A stretch of 64,000 nucleotides of DNA from a virus (lineage: Duplodnaviria > Caudoviricetes). The position numbers and the translations under genes are program-made. Numbering within the stretch: the stretch's first letter is position 1; each line of letters begins with the position of its first letter. The notes below the pieces were generated by a model. The model searched no databases and was not told the DNA's origin. It was given only the letters and a program-made list of their open reading frames with translations. The stretch lies in IMG/VR virus record IMGVR_UViG_3300031994_000047, positions 1 to 64,000 of that record. One strand, given 5' to 3'. This document shows, piece after piece, positions 23,267 to 36,256 of the stretch.

Positions 23267-25194
23267 TGGCGACAATAAATGTAAAACTTGGAAAGAATTT
23301 CACTACTCAATTTAATAAAATGGTAGAGAAATATGGAGAAGATTTTCTCAAACTTCAAGGCTTAGATGATGATAAGTTAAGCCATACTGATTTTATTGAT
23401 GCTTTCATTGATTCAGATAATGTCGCTAATTCTTCAATTGATGCAAACTCGAACATTACGCAAAAAGATATCGTAACTCTTATGAGTGAAATGTCAAAAC
23501 CCCATCAAAAACTTTTAGCATTTAATAAGATTTATTATGAATGTTAGAAAAAATATGGTTTTAAATTCGCAAATGAAGCGATGGAATCACTTTGGAATTA
23601 TGACCTATATCTTCACGATTTCAACACATCCACATTTTTCGATTACTGTTTTGCGGCAGACTTAAAACCTCTCGTAGAAAAAGGTTTATTTTTTGTAAGT
23701 GGGTATAATGCAAAGCCGCCGAAGCATTTGGACTCTTTCGTACAGATGATTTTGGAATGGGTTGCTTACCTCTCTAAGAGATAGTCGGGCGCCGTTGGGA
23801 TGCCCAATCTTATTCCATATTTATTCTATTTCTGGAAAGAAGATGTACTAAATGGATATTATACCCAATCTCCAGAAAGATATAGAGATCAACAGATACA
23901 AGCCCTAATCTATCGTTTAAATTAGAACTGGGTGCGCGGCGATCAAAGTGCTTTTACAAATGTTACTATTTTTGACCATCCATACTTTGAAGCAATTTTT
24001 GGTGGCGCGCAATATCCAAATGGCGAATTTATGATAGATTATGAAGAAGAGATATTACAATTCCAAAAAGATTTTATAAGAATTGTAAATAATATACGCG
24101 AAGAAAATGTATTTACTTTTCCAGTTCTTTCTGCATCGCTTTTATATCAAAATCAAAAGTTTGTAGATGAACCCTATGCGCGCTGGTGCTGCGAAGTCAA
24201 TATGAAATGGAATATCTTTAATTTCTTTACAGATAGCACGGTTAATTCACTTTCAAATTGTTGCAGATTAAAGAGTGATATTCAAGATCTTTATTTTAAT
24301 TCTATAGGTGGTACTGCTCTTGAAGTGGGTAGTGTAAAAGTTGTCACGCTCAATCTCGCGCGCCTTGCTTATCGTTCAAATAGCGAACAAGAATTCCTCG
24401 TAAATGTAAAAGAAATGACAGAGCGTGCCTTAAAAATCTTAGATATAGTTCGATCTATTATAAAAAGAAATGTCGAAAAAGGATTACTTCCTACTTATAC
24501 CTATGGATTAAAAAGTCTAGACCATTAGTACAGTACAGTTGGTATAAATGGCGTGTATGAGGCAATTAAAACTTTTGGATATCTAACAACCGATGAATTT
24601 GGAAATGTTAAATATACAGATGAAGCCTTCGCTCTTGGCGAAAAAATGTTTAAGGTTATTACTAATACTGGCGATAATTTCTGTTTAGACAAAAACTATC
24701 GTTGGAATAAAGAGCAAGTGCCCGCGGAACAAGCCGCCGCGAAAATGTAGCGCGCAGATGAACTTCTATATCCTTCTAAAGTTGTAAAAGATTTACCACT
24801 TTATGGGAATTAGTGGGTTCCTCTTGGAATCAAAACCACACTTGTCGAAAGAACTCGTATTTGTGCTGCCTTTGACTCTTACTGTAATGGCGGTTCAATT
24901 CTTCACTTGAATGTTGATCGTCCATTCTCTAATTTCGACTAGGCTTGGAAAATGTTAAATTGGGTTGCTCAATAGGGAGTAACTTATTTTGCCTTTAATG
25001 GTAAAGTTTCTTAGTGTGAAAATTATCACTCTTTTTATGGAAATGTATGCCCAATATGTGGCAAGCCAACAAAATATACATATACAAGAACGGTAGGTTT
25101 TTATACTAAAACCGAATCTTGGTCAGATGCACGCAAAGAAGAATTTAAATTGAGAGAATGGCAAGAAATTGATGCTAAAGGAGAAAACGCATAA
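23266..25194 (+). CDS. nrdD: Anaerobic (class III) ribonucleotide reductase, no ATP cone (9 TAG=Gln)
   Basis: (Q)SGA, LN(Q)..R..QSAFTN, SNCCRL, N(Q)WVPL, CPICG, TRTVGF glycyl-radical motif. Confidence 0.92.
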
Positions 25195-25439
25195 TGAAAG
25201 CCCACATTCAAGAAATCCCTACAATCGCGCCCGTCCCTTTGTCACATCTACGCAAAATTGCTGATTCTTTAAAAGATAAACCAGATGATATGCCACTTTC
25301 TTTTGAGTTTTTAATGAGTGCATTTTTCCCAGTTGTTTTTAATAACATTTAGGCACATATGAAAAAGATGTTCAATGATGGATATGCGCAGGGACTCAAG
25401 GATGCAAACCAAAGCAAAGAGAAAGAAGATAAAGAATGA
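25194..25439 (+). CDS. Hypothetical protein (TAG=Gln)
   Basis: 81 aa, TAATG and ATGA overlaps with neighbours. Confidence 0.6.
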
Positions 25440-25912
25440 AAATAAAAGGAATTATAGATGAAGATTTTGTGAATTATAAACTTCCTTCAATGTTTATAAT
25501 TATGCCATATTGTAATTTTAAATGTGGAGAGATGAATTGCCAAAATTCATCTCTCGCGCGTGAACCCGTGCAAGAGATCAGCGCAGAAGAATTAATTCAA
25601 AGATTTATTGAGAATCCAATTTCAGAAGCAGTTGTCTTTGGTGGACTTGAACCATTCGATAGCGCAGAGGATTTACAAACTTTTATTATAGAATTTAGGC
25701 ACTATAGCGATGCGCCCATCGTGATCTATACGGGTTACACATTAGAAGAAGTTCAAGATAATTTTTCTTGGGTTTATCTTTATGAGAATATTGTTATAAA
25801 ATATGGACGATATATTCCAAATCAAAAACCACATTATGATGAGGTATTAGGAGTTGAACTTATAAGCGACAATCAATTTGCTATGGCTTATAATGAAACT
25901 TATAAATTTTAA
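25436..25912 (+). CDS. nrdG: Anaerobic RNR activase (radical SAM)
   Basis: CNFKC..C cluster motif variant, GGLEP, IYTGYT, KYGRY, SDNQ. Confidence 0.85.
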   Translation: MKIKGIIDEDFVNYKLPSMFIIMPYCNFKCGEMNCQNSSLAREPVQEISAEELIQRFIENPISEAVVFGGLEPFDSAEDLQTFIIEFRHYSDAPIVIYTGYTLEEVQDNFSWVYLYENIVIKYGRYIPNQKPHYDEVLGVELISDNQFAMAYNETYKF

Positions 25913-26109
25913 TGAAACGAAAAGTAAAAGAAAATTCTGATAAGAAACTAGTCGCGCAAGTTAGAAAAGATCTAAGAGAGCATCACGGATACTGTCCTTG
26001 CGCACTGCTCCAAACAGAAGACACAAAATGTATGTGTAAAGATTTCCGCGATAAAATTGAAAATGGATATGTTGGCGAATGTAATTGCGGTTTATATGAG
26101 GTAGAATAA
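25912..26109 (+). CDS. Ferredoxin:thioredoxin reductase catalytic-subunit-like protein
   Basis: GYCPC..CMC..CNCGLY triple CxC pattern. Confidence 0.75.
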   Translation: MKRKVKENSDKKLVAQVRKDLREHHGYCPCALLQTEDTKCMCKDFRDKIENGYVGECNCGLYEVE

Positions 26110-26870
26110 TGTTAAAAGTTGAACTAATTGCTTATACTCCAAATCCAGAAAAGATTGTAGCAGCCGCCGCGAAGTTATGTTACTCTAAGGTTGGCGCGAT
26201 GCAACTACTAGATGGATTAGATGAGGAAAAAACACAAAAATTCTTACAAATGTTGGGACAACTTGGACACACTAGTCCAATCGAACACGCTTCTTTCACA
26301 TTCGCCGTCGAGGGTGTCTCGCGCGCCCTACTAGCCCAAATTACGCGCCACAGAATTGCATCTTTCTCAGTCCAAAGCCAAAGATATGTAAGATTAGAAG
26401 ACTTTCAATATGTTATTCCTCCTGAGATCGAAAACGATGTTGAAGCAAAAGGAAGTTTTATTCGTAATATGGAAGATATGAGCGCGCAATATCTTGATAT
26501 GGCAAATCTTCTAACAAATAAATATATATTGGAAGGAATGGATAAAAAGTCTGCTGAAAAGAAAGCAAACGAAGACGCGCGCTTCTTACTACCAAATGCG
26601 TGCGAGACAAAATTCGTTGTGACTATGAACGCGCGCAGTCTACACAATTTCTTCAAACTAAGATGTTGCAACCGCGCGCAATGGGAGATTCGCAACCTCG
26701 CGCGCGAGATGTACCGACTAGTGTACCAAGTCGCACCAAATCTATTTGCAAATGCCGGACCTTCTTGTGTTTGCGGCAAATGTGAAGAAGGACAAATGAG
26801 TTGTGGACAAATGAAACAAGTCCGCAAAGATTTTAAGGAGTTAAAAGGAGAAACTAATGAGACTAATTGA
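26109..26870 (+). CDS. thyX: Flavin-dependent thymidylate synthase
   Basis: [36 protein letters not shown]. Confidence 0.95.
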   Translation: MLKVELIAYTPNPEKIVAAAAKLCYSKVGAMQLLDGLDEEKTQKFLQMLGQLGHTSPIEHASFTFAVEGVSRALLAQITRHRIASFSVQSQRYVRLEDFQYVIPPEIENDVEAKGSFIRNMEDMSAQYLDMANLLTNKYILEGMDKKSAEKKANEDARFLLPNACETKFVVTMNARSLHNFFKLRCCNRAQWEIRNLAREMYRLVYQVAPNLFANAGPSCVCGKCEEGQMSCGQMKQVRKDFKELKGETNETN

Positions 26871-27087
26871 AACCACACAGAAATATGTATGTGAAACTGA
26901 AATTGAAGCAAAAGACACAATTGAAAGCTTTCGCGCAGAAGCCGCGCAAAAAGGATATATCATAAAGAAGGCTTCATATGAAAGAAAGACAAAGAAAGCA
27001 AAAGGTGTTATAATTGCAGAGGCTTTTGTTACTACAATCGTAATGACTTTTGGTGGAGTTTGGGATGAATTGGAGGCAGATGAATGA
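26857..27087 (+). CDS. Hypothetical protein
   Basis: AAGGAG RBS, 76 aa. Confidence 0.6.
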   Translation: MRLIETTQKYVCETEIEAKDTIESFRAEAAQKGYIIKKASYERKTKKAKGVIIAEAFVTTIVMTFGGVWDELEADE

Positions 27088-27968
27088 ACGCAATACCAAT
27101 TAATGAAAGAGTCCAAGAGATAAAGAAAACACTTCAAGATCTTGTGGATCCAAATACTGAGAATGATTTCCTCGATAAATTTCTTAATCTTCTAGCATTG
27201 TCTGACGAAGATTTCGAGCTTCTCGCGCCTGGTATCCTTCAATCGTATCAGTAGTCTCTTAACAACCCAAATGATAAGTTGACTTTGGTGTATGCGCTTA
27301 ATGCCCAAGGAACTAAAGTTGAAGATCTTCAAAAAGATTTTGAACGCGTTCAAAAGATTATTGATGATTCTGAATTTTCTACGCGCAAGAAAGATTTTTT
27401 GAAAGAGATTATTGGATCTTTGCTAAATGCGATAAATGATACAGAAGGAATCTCAAAGAGAATTGTTAATGTTCCTATTGAAATTTGCGATCCACGCGCG
27501 ACTTTGCCGCAATATGCACACATAAGTGATAGCGGAATGGATGTTTGCGCGCTTGAAGATATTACAATTCCTTGCGGCGAAACAGTCTTAATCCATACAG
27601 GTATTAAAGTTTCACTTCCTGTCGGCTTTGAACTCCAAGGGCGCCCGCGCAGTGGGAAATCTTTGAAATCTAAAGTTCGTATCGCCAATGCGCCCGGTAC
27701 AATTGACTAGGGGTATCGTGGAGAGGTTTGCGTAATTGCAGAGAATATCGATCCTCGTGTAAAGGATATTACGATAGATGAAAATGGACACGTCACCTCT
27801 ATTCTCTATGGAAGAGACGAATATATCGCCGCAGGTGAAAAAATTTGTCAACTTGTTCTTGCAGAAGTACCAAAGGTTTCTTGGGTAAGAGTTGACAAAA
27901 TTGAAGACGATACTGACCGTGGAGAAGGTGGATTTGGTTCTACTGATAAAAAGAATGGGGAAAATTAA
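27084..27968 (+). CDS. dut: dUTPase with ~130-aa N-terminal extension (TAG=Gln)
   Basis: SGMD, RPRSG, GTID(Q)GYRGE, ICQLV, RGEGGFGST motifs. Confidence 0.9.
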
Positions 27969-28674
27969 ATTAGAAGATATATCACTTTCTCTTGAGGCAT
28001 CTGGTTGGAAAGTCTTATCTACTTCTTATGTAAATTTATCGACAGAAATGGAATTTGAGTGCGCCGAAGGTCATAAAGTTTTTTCGACCTGGGGCAAACT
28101 CAGAGATCATTTAGAATGTCCAATATGTAAAAAGAATACGGCGCGCTAGATACAAAACATATCTGCGCGCCCTAAAGAAAAAGATACATACCGTATTTTA
28201 GCATTGGACCAAAGTTCTCACTTAACGGGCTGGAGCATTTATGATGACCAAAAACTCATAGCTTATGGTGTGCACGAAGCAACTGGCGCGCGCGAAGATG
28301 AGAGAAACCATGAAATAAAAGAGTGGGTTCTCTCAATGGTGAGTAATTGGAAGGTCGATAAAGTTGGAATAGAAGGTATATAGTATCAATAGTCTATTGG
28401 TGTAACAACTTTCTAGACACTCGCGCGCCTTCAAGGAATTTTAATAGATTTGTGTATTGAATTAAAGATTCCATATTTGATTTGTCCAACAAATACTTGG
28501 CGCGCGCACTGTGATGTGAAGGGTCGCGCGAGAAGTGACAAGAAAAAATCAATGTAGTTATTAGTGAAAAAGTGGTTTGATGTGAGTGTAAGTGAAGATG
28601 AGGCCGATGCAGTTGGAATTGGAAAGTATTGTGCGGATTTAAGAGAGAGAAAGGAAATAAAAAATTGGGAGTAA
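27955..28674 (+). CDS. RuvC-like Holliday junction resolvase with N-terminal Zn ribbon (TAG=Gln)
   Basis: ILALDQSS..TGW, VGIEG, DEADAVGI; N-terminal C..GH..CPIC. Confidence 0.8.
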
Positions 28675-28695
28675 GCGATTTGCTTACTCCCTTTT
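28667..28695. terminator. Terminator between convergent replication and virion modules
   Basis: gggagtaagc-gattt-gcttactccc + tttt. Confidence 0.8.
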
Positions 28696-28702
28696 CAATT
28701 TA

Positions 28703-29068
28703 TTACATTACAATTTCTTCTTGGCATTTAAATTTGTAAATAGCAGCAAATTTTCCTTTATATGAATCTTGCTCTCCAATTTTTATTATTATAATATCTC
28801 CATTCTATGCAAGAATATTATCAGTATAAATATTAGAGCACTTTTCATCAAATTCGCAAACACCATTTCTGATTATTCTTACTCTTATTGTCTCGCCCTA
28901 TACAATTGCATGAAAATCTAAAACAATAGAACCAGGCGTTATTGTGTATTCATAAATATCTTTATTAAATGTAAATCCAATTCCTTGCTATACATTTATG
29001 GAAAATTCATAAGACGGTTTTCTAGGCTCTAAATAATGGTTATGGATTAAAGGTGTAAGAAGAGACAT
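28703..29068 (-). CDS. Hypothetical protein (TAG=Gln), last gene of tail operon
   Basis: 121-aa ORF under code 15, TAATG overlap with upstream gene. Confidence 0.55.
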
Positions 29069-30387
29069 TATAATTATCCCTCTGTGTTAGGTTCTAAAAT
29101 ATGATTGTGTACTAATGTTACATTCTTTTCTACATCATTTCCACTCACATCATACCTCACAAGTCTAACCATAGGCTATCCTCTTCCAGACTTCAATACT
29201 CTCATATTAAAGTCAAAAACCGAAGGGTCCCCACCGGCTTCAAGCGTTAAAGTATTATCCACCATAATCTTCGCTTTAGGAATTACTATCTAGAACATCT
29301 CATCTTCTCCATTCTCACTACCGCGTGCGAGTGTATCGCCAACGACGTAGTAAGTACCAGGGAATGTATCGGCGGTTATATCTATTATATCTTCAAGAGG
29401 TCTTACTAATTGAGAAGTAATAATTACATCACCATCTAGGGGAACTGAAAAAATTTTAGGAATGTCGGTTATTTGGATTTCTTTGATAAACTCTACACTT
29501 GAGTCAGTTAAATACTATTGAAGTATAGTCATATCTACTGTATCAATTTGCCCATCTCCATTTACGTCTGCTGCCAATTTATCAATTTCTACATTTGAGT
29601 CAGTTAAATACTATCGAAGTATAGTCATATCTACTGTATCAATTTGCCCATCTCCATTTACATCACCGATCAAAACGCCGTAATGAGTTGCTTCTTCAAC
29701 ATCTAATCTTGGAAACACTTTAAACAGCATATTCCCATTTTCATCAATTGTATAATTCTCCCAGCCGAGACTTTTAATTGTATTTAAATCAATATCAGTC
29801 TATCCACTAAAAGTAACTGTATCTTCTACGGTTCCTGCATAAGATTCATCAGTTAAAATATCAATATCAAAAGTACAAAAATACTTTTCATCTTTACTTA
29901 ATACTTCAACCTTATCTCCATAATCATCAAAAAATGTCGGATTTATCTTCTCGCTTCTTTTTCCTTCAAATTGTATATAAGGATTCCAAGCTGGATCATT
30001 TTCAATATTTGCTACTGAAGTATTGATGCTAGGAGCAAAAGTCTCAGTTCTCATTATTAAAGATGCAGCCTTCCATTTACCCGCTTTTGTAACTATTTCA
30101 GTAATAGGAACATTTCCTATTTTTCCCCCATACATAGTCGCAAGAGACTTCATAGAAAATAGCGCATCTTGCACATTAAATGTAATTTCCTTCCCAAAGT
30201 CCCATTGTATTAAAGGAGCGTTTCCTTTGCCACCAACTGCCTATGTATTCTCAGCAGTTTGCTCAAGTGTCGAAATCTTTAGAGTATCGAGATAGAGGGC
30301 GGGAACGGTTGGATTCCCGTCCTCATCTATTTTATAAAATGTTACGTCGCACACTTCTTGTATGCCGTAAGTATCAAGTATTGACAT
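29068..30387 (-). CDS. Tail-tube paralog with inserted type I dockerin domain (TAG=Gln)
   Basis: N-term MSILDTYGIQEVCDVTFYK and C-term ADTFPGTYYVVGDT..(Q)IVIPKAK..NTLTLEAGGDPSVF match 45413-46279; internal GDVNGDGQIDTVDMTILRQYL x2. Confidence 0.88.
29492..29661. repeat. 74-bp direct repeat, 96-bp period, encoding the two dockerin Ca-loop/helix units
   Basis: Copies at 29492-29565 and 29588-29661 differ at 2 positions. Confidence 0.9.
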
Positions 30388-30401
30388 TTGTACATCTCCT
30401 T

Positions 30402-31838
30402 TTAAGTTATTTGTTGCCAATAGTCGCCATTCCAGATTAAGAATTGTTTTGCAGTTGAATCGTACATTATTTGTCCAAGATAAGATCCAGCAGGTGGCAT
30501 GTTTCCACGTATAGTCGTTAATGTTACTCCAGTTGCAATTCGAGCTTCATTTGCAATATTCTAACTAATACAATATAAATTCTAAGAAGAATAATTGGTG
30601 ATATTATTTGTATTTGTAGCGCGAAGAAAACAATAATCATCCGATCTTAAAGCATCTACAAAACACACATTATTCCGATATTCAAAATTTCCAGTAGCTG
30701 CTGTTATAGAGAAAAAAACATTTCCTGCTCCCGCACTAGCACTTATTGCTCGAACTAGACAATTATTGATATGGAGATCTTTTCCACCCTATGCAAAAAA
30801 TCCTTTGAAAAAACTATTAGTAGATGGTAATGCGGAAAAATTCCCACTTTTATTTTCTAATTTATTTACACTACACTATTCAAAAGTAACATTTGAAACC
30901 GTATTGCAAAATAAACCGCACCAATTAACTTCTAAATTACTATTCGAATCACAATAGATATGAACATTTTTAAATGTTGAACTCGCTATACTATTTGCAA
31001 AAATTGGGGCGTTTCGATGACTAGAAACATAAATATTTAAATCTTGAAAATATGCACTCTAAATAGAGCTAAAAAATGGCTTATCCTTCGCCAGATAAAT
31101 CGTATTACTATTTCCATATAAAGAAAAATCAACGTTGCTTGTAAGAGACCAATCTGATGAACTAGCAATTGCTATCTAGTACTTTAAAAATCCAGATTTA
31201 ATGTCACCTGAAAGCCATAAACTAAAATTATCCTAACTAACTTCAGTACCAGTTGTAACTTCTGTTCCCTAAAGATAGCTATTTTTTAAATACCCATTTC
31301 TATAACTCCAAATTGTTTGATTTAATGCTGTCTTATCTAAAGAAAATCCATTAGGAGTAAATGTAACCATGCACCCATCAGGAGTATAAGTAGAAACCGC
31401 ATTTTGAACAACACTTATTTCTTTTTTCCCATCATTTGTTTGCACCCATAACTTATTCTATCCATCCATTGGAACTACATAAATTTTATTAGAAGCCCAA
31501 GTGCCAGTAGTACCGCTTACATATTCAAAGGATGGTCTAGAGCTATCATTCACATATCCAATTGTAGCAAGCGATAATCCACTAGTAATATTAGCAGCAA
31601 TAAGATCACTAACTGCACTTATAAATGCATTATTTGATACAAAAGCATTAATCTAACTACTAACTGCCTCAACAACATAACCACCACTAACTGCGCCAAT
31701 ATTATTACGCGCATTGGTCTAATTTTCAGGAGTAAGAACCTAACGAGTAAATTTGACTGCACTTGCTTGCAATTCTGCAACCGCGTTTAAAAGTTCTTTA
31801 ACTTCTCCACCGGTCTTATTTAAATTATAATAATTCAT
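30402..31838 (-). CDS. Probable tail fiber/receptor-binding protein (TAG=Gln)
   Basis: AGGAGG RBS; LTPEN(Q)TNARNNIGA fiber-type motif; S/T/N-rich; downstream of Tal. Confidence 0.55.
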
Positions 31839-31849
31839 TTGTCACCTCC

Positions 31850-34800
31850 TCACGGCACAGGTATGCGCCCCTCTGTAATCCATTCTCCGCCATAAAAGCG
31901 TGCGAAAGTAATACCATCATCTACATCTATTCTGACTCTCCATAATGCTATATCATTAGAACCATATCGGCTTGCCGCGTTATAATAAAACTCAAGATAA
32001 GGATTGCCATACAACCCATAAATTGGACCCTATGGTCTATCACTTGGCGACACACCGCTAAGATCAACTTCTCCAAATCCCATTCGATTTATGCCATAAG
32101 AAGTCACAATCGGATTCTTATTTGCATTTAAAACACCAGTCTAAAGTGCGTCCATCGGCATTGTACCTGAATCCACAACTTTAGTCCAAGTTACACCACC
32201 ATCAGTAGAAGAACATAATCCACGCGAAGTAAGTTTTGTCATAATATTAGGATTTTCTTTATCTATAACAGTATAACCAGTACCATCTTGAAGTATATTA
32301 TTCATATTACCGCTAATTTTTTGATTGGCTTGAATCGCTTCTTGAACTTTTTGCGCGCTCAATGCACCAGAAGAACTCAAAAGATTTGCCGCCCGCGCAT
32401 AAGAACCTTGCGCGAACTATAAGCTCTATGTTTCAGCAGTTATTCTCTAAAACAAATCTTCAAACTAAGTCTTATAATTCTAAACTTTCACAACATCTTT
32501 TTCTGGCTCTTCAAAATAATAAGTAATCTCATATATATAAACAGGCTCTTTGTGTGGAGTCTTTACACCATAAACTAAATCATATCCAAAATACTCTACA
32601 TCCTCAATAAATGTAATATCTCCCACATCAAAGTCTTTACCTTTGAACTCTTCAAGCGCGCCGACTCTTAGAACATCAATTGTATAAGATACTTCGGGGC
32701 GCGCGGATGTATAGGCAACTTGAAGTGCATCTAAGTAGTATAAATTATCATCATAATACTTTTCATCATTCCAAGTTCCTTCTTGGATAAAGCGCGAATA
32801 TGATTCATAGAATTTCTTTTCTGCATTAGAAATAGCCGCTTCATGGGCTTTAATTTCTATTTCTAAATCTTTAAGTTTCCCATCAATACCAGTTTCGCTT
32901 ATCTACTTTCCATATGCCTCATACTACGCTTCAAACTTAGCTTTCTCAGCCTACGCATTTTTATACTTATAATATTCTGATTGAATTGAACTTACGCCGC
33001 CACCTTGTGTTTTCTATTTACTAATGTAATTAAAAACGGCAACATCAAAGTTAGTATCACTAGGAGGAGCATCGCGCATAAGTGAACGGATTCGTTCTTT
33101 AGAACTTATAATCTATTTTTCAGCGCTTGTACGACCTTCTTCTGCCATATTATAAAGCGCTAAAAACTTTTCTTTTTCAGTTATATAACTTTGTTTCAAA
33201 GCACCCTTTTCAGTAAGAGGCTTTATATTCTTACTTAAAACAGTATAAAGACCTTCTGGTCCATACATATCTCTTGTCAACTATTTTCTATCAATCAAAC
33301 CTTTAGAAATATAATAATCAAAATTCAGTATATAATCTGCGCCAGACGTATTGTCTTGCGCGCGACCTATCGCGCAGAAGCCATAGGTTCCAAATTCATT
33401 TGAATTTTGTAAGACAATTGTTTTTGTTGAAAGTGCATTTGATTTTATATTTCGTTTAATAGATTTTAGATCTATGCCATATACAAAACCATATCCTAAA
33501 TTCACGCCGAGCGTTGTATCGCCTTTTTTAATACGAACTTTTTTCTATAAGATCATACCATCTTCATCGTGGTCAATAATAAATTGAACCCAACACTTAA
33601 ATTGCTCAGCAATTGTTTGAAGAATATTGAAACGATTTGATTGTTTCGCGCTAATTGTAGCTTGGCGCTCATAGTTAAGATAAACGGGTTTAAGATTTGG
33701 ATTAACCCAATCTACTTTATCTTGGTATAAATAGGCTAAATCCTTAATATCCGTAATATTTTGTTGTTCAGTATGATTATAATAATTATAACGAACATAG
33801 GCTAGTGGTTCAGCATCAAAATCTTCAACATTATCGGGTGTAATAACAACTGGATCTGATTGCCCATCTTTTTCTAATTTGACTTCAGGATAGAACCTAA
33901 AAACATAAGGTCTTAATGGAGAATCTAAAGAGCCGCCACCCTATTCCTAGCTATATGTATATTCAGAGAACATAAACCCATACTTATAAATACCACCATC
34001 AACAAATCCATTAAATTGCTCTTTTCGAGATACAGACTCAGTAATTTCAATCTCTATTGTCCAGACCATAATTTTAAAAGTTGGCGGAATTACAGCACTA
34101 CCTTCTGGCTATAAGTAATTTTCTTTATAATCAGTCTACTCATCAGAGTTCTTTTTAATTTTTGCTTCAACACTATTAATTTTTAAGAAATCATTAGTGT
34201 TAATATTCTATATTATGTCTCCACTATCCTGATAAATATATATATGTGGCTCAAGTGGCGCGCGTTTGTCTTGTACTGATATACGATTTAATTCTTCTAT
34301 TTCTTCGTTAGTTACTAAAAGTTCATAAGAAACTCTATACTTATTACCTTTTACTAACCCATTTGGAAAGTATGTCGCCGCGCCCTATAAAGTAGTATTA
34401 TATAAATACTAATCAGGAATAAGTGCTAGTCCACCATAATCTGCACTATCTGAGCTTTGTCTAAACCAAGTTCTTTGTGCGTATCCATCTCGAAGAACTG
34501 CATATCCGATTGCTGGCTAAGATTTATTAGCATTTCTTCTAAAGAAATACCAATTCATACTATCTGTAAACTGCTCTGGATTTACAATTAAATTATTAAC
34601 TGCCGTGCAATCAAGAGTATCGGTATCTGTAAAACGATAAATTTCGTCGTTGCTACTTCCCAATTGCCATATCTAACAAACTCGATTTGTTAATGGATCG
34701 CACCTACTTTTTATATGATTTACTATCCTTTGCGCGCGATATTGAGTTGAAACTAAAGCATTCGCACTTAATGTAAAATATGAGGTACTCTAATCTTTTA

Positions 34801-36244
34801 AATGAAAACTCCAAAGATTAGCATTATAGGTCGCCGCGAAATTATCTACATAACACTAAACTCCATTTATTACAAGCATTCCGTCTTTTTCAACAATCGG
34901 CGTGCTATCAACATAATAAAATCCAAATCGACCTAAATCTACCTAAGTATTGTCTTCATAAGTTTGAGTCAATAACTAACTAACCTAAGAATAGAATAAC
35001 ATAACTCTCCCGTATCCAGATAAAACAATTCGTCCTTCGCCATTTTCTAAAATGGTAGTTACACCAGCGCCGCCATTTGGTGAATTAGCTTCATAAACCG
35101 GTTCTTCTACATACTCTCTTATCGTATCACTATTTTCCGCATCATAACTCCAATCTGTACCTTTCAACACATCCGTTATTAAGTTCGGAGCAGTATCAAT
35201 ATTATTCTATAACTCAATATCATAAGTAAGATTAAAACCCTATCGTGACAACTCAGAAATAAACTAATCTTCGCAAGTATAAGTTATGAGTTTTGAATCA
35301 GAACTTTCATCACAATTCTTTATGATAAAATCATACCACTTATCTTTCCATTTAACTTTCAATTTCTACTCATTAAAAAGATATTGAATAAATGGATTTA
35401 TATAATGATCATCATAAACTTGGATTCTTCGATAGATTAGAGGTGTCGTATCTGGCTAAACTGCAAGCGCTTTGTTTTCATTATTATGTTGCACGAAATA
35501 TCCATATAGACTCTCAATAATATCTAAATCGTAACACTCTCTTAGCATTTTAAATGTGAAAGTAGAAGTTCCGTTTATGTTCTTTGTTAAGACGGGTTCA
35601 AGAGCGGAGCATTGAGCTTTAAATGTGTCAGTGCCAATTATTGCAACTTTTTTCTCAGTCGGAATTTTTTTTAAAGACGGAACATCAACTAAATTTGGAA
35701 ACTCTGATTCAAAAAACTATATCTATTCATGTGCCTCATAGAAAATTGAATCACTAGAATTTTCTCCAATCACACAGCAATAATTATAAACTAGTATTCC
35801 AATATTATTTGATAAAATAGTAGAAGTATTATCTAAATTATAAACCGCCTCTGGATATAATGTTCGACCGCGTACATTCTCATTATTATGCAATATCTAA
35901 TAATATAAACCCTCTTTTCTGTTATTAGACTATTTAATAAAAGTATAATTATATGAAGAATCCCAGTCATTATTGGGAATAGCAAGCCTTAAAGCGTGGT
36001 TATATCCAAATCCCCTATGTTCCCAACCATCTTTATATAAAGTCTTAATAAATGTAGCAGCCTTATTCTTATTTTCAGGAGTTTGATTCTCTTGTCTCCA
36101 ATATTCAAAAGTAAAAGTAATACCTTCTTTTGGAATAATCTCTTTTATTTGTGCTGAAGCCACGAGATAAAACCAACCTACAACAGATGGCTTAAATGTG
36201 TCTTCCCATACGCTTATTTCATAAGGTTCTTGTATTGCAGCCAT
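31850..36244 (-). CDS. Large baseplate hub/Tal-like tail protein, ~1464 aa (many TAG=Gln)
   Basis: All ORF fragments (35930, 34985, 33281, 32141) in one frame; follows Dit; coiled-coil segment and YSRFIQEGTW motif. Confidence 0.65.
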
Positions 36245-36256
36245 TATCTCACCTCC

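Noticed and set aside
29492-29661. DGR template/variable repeat pair
   Set aside because: Tandem in-frame duplication explained by dockerin symmetry; no reverse transcriptase in window
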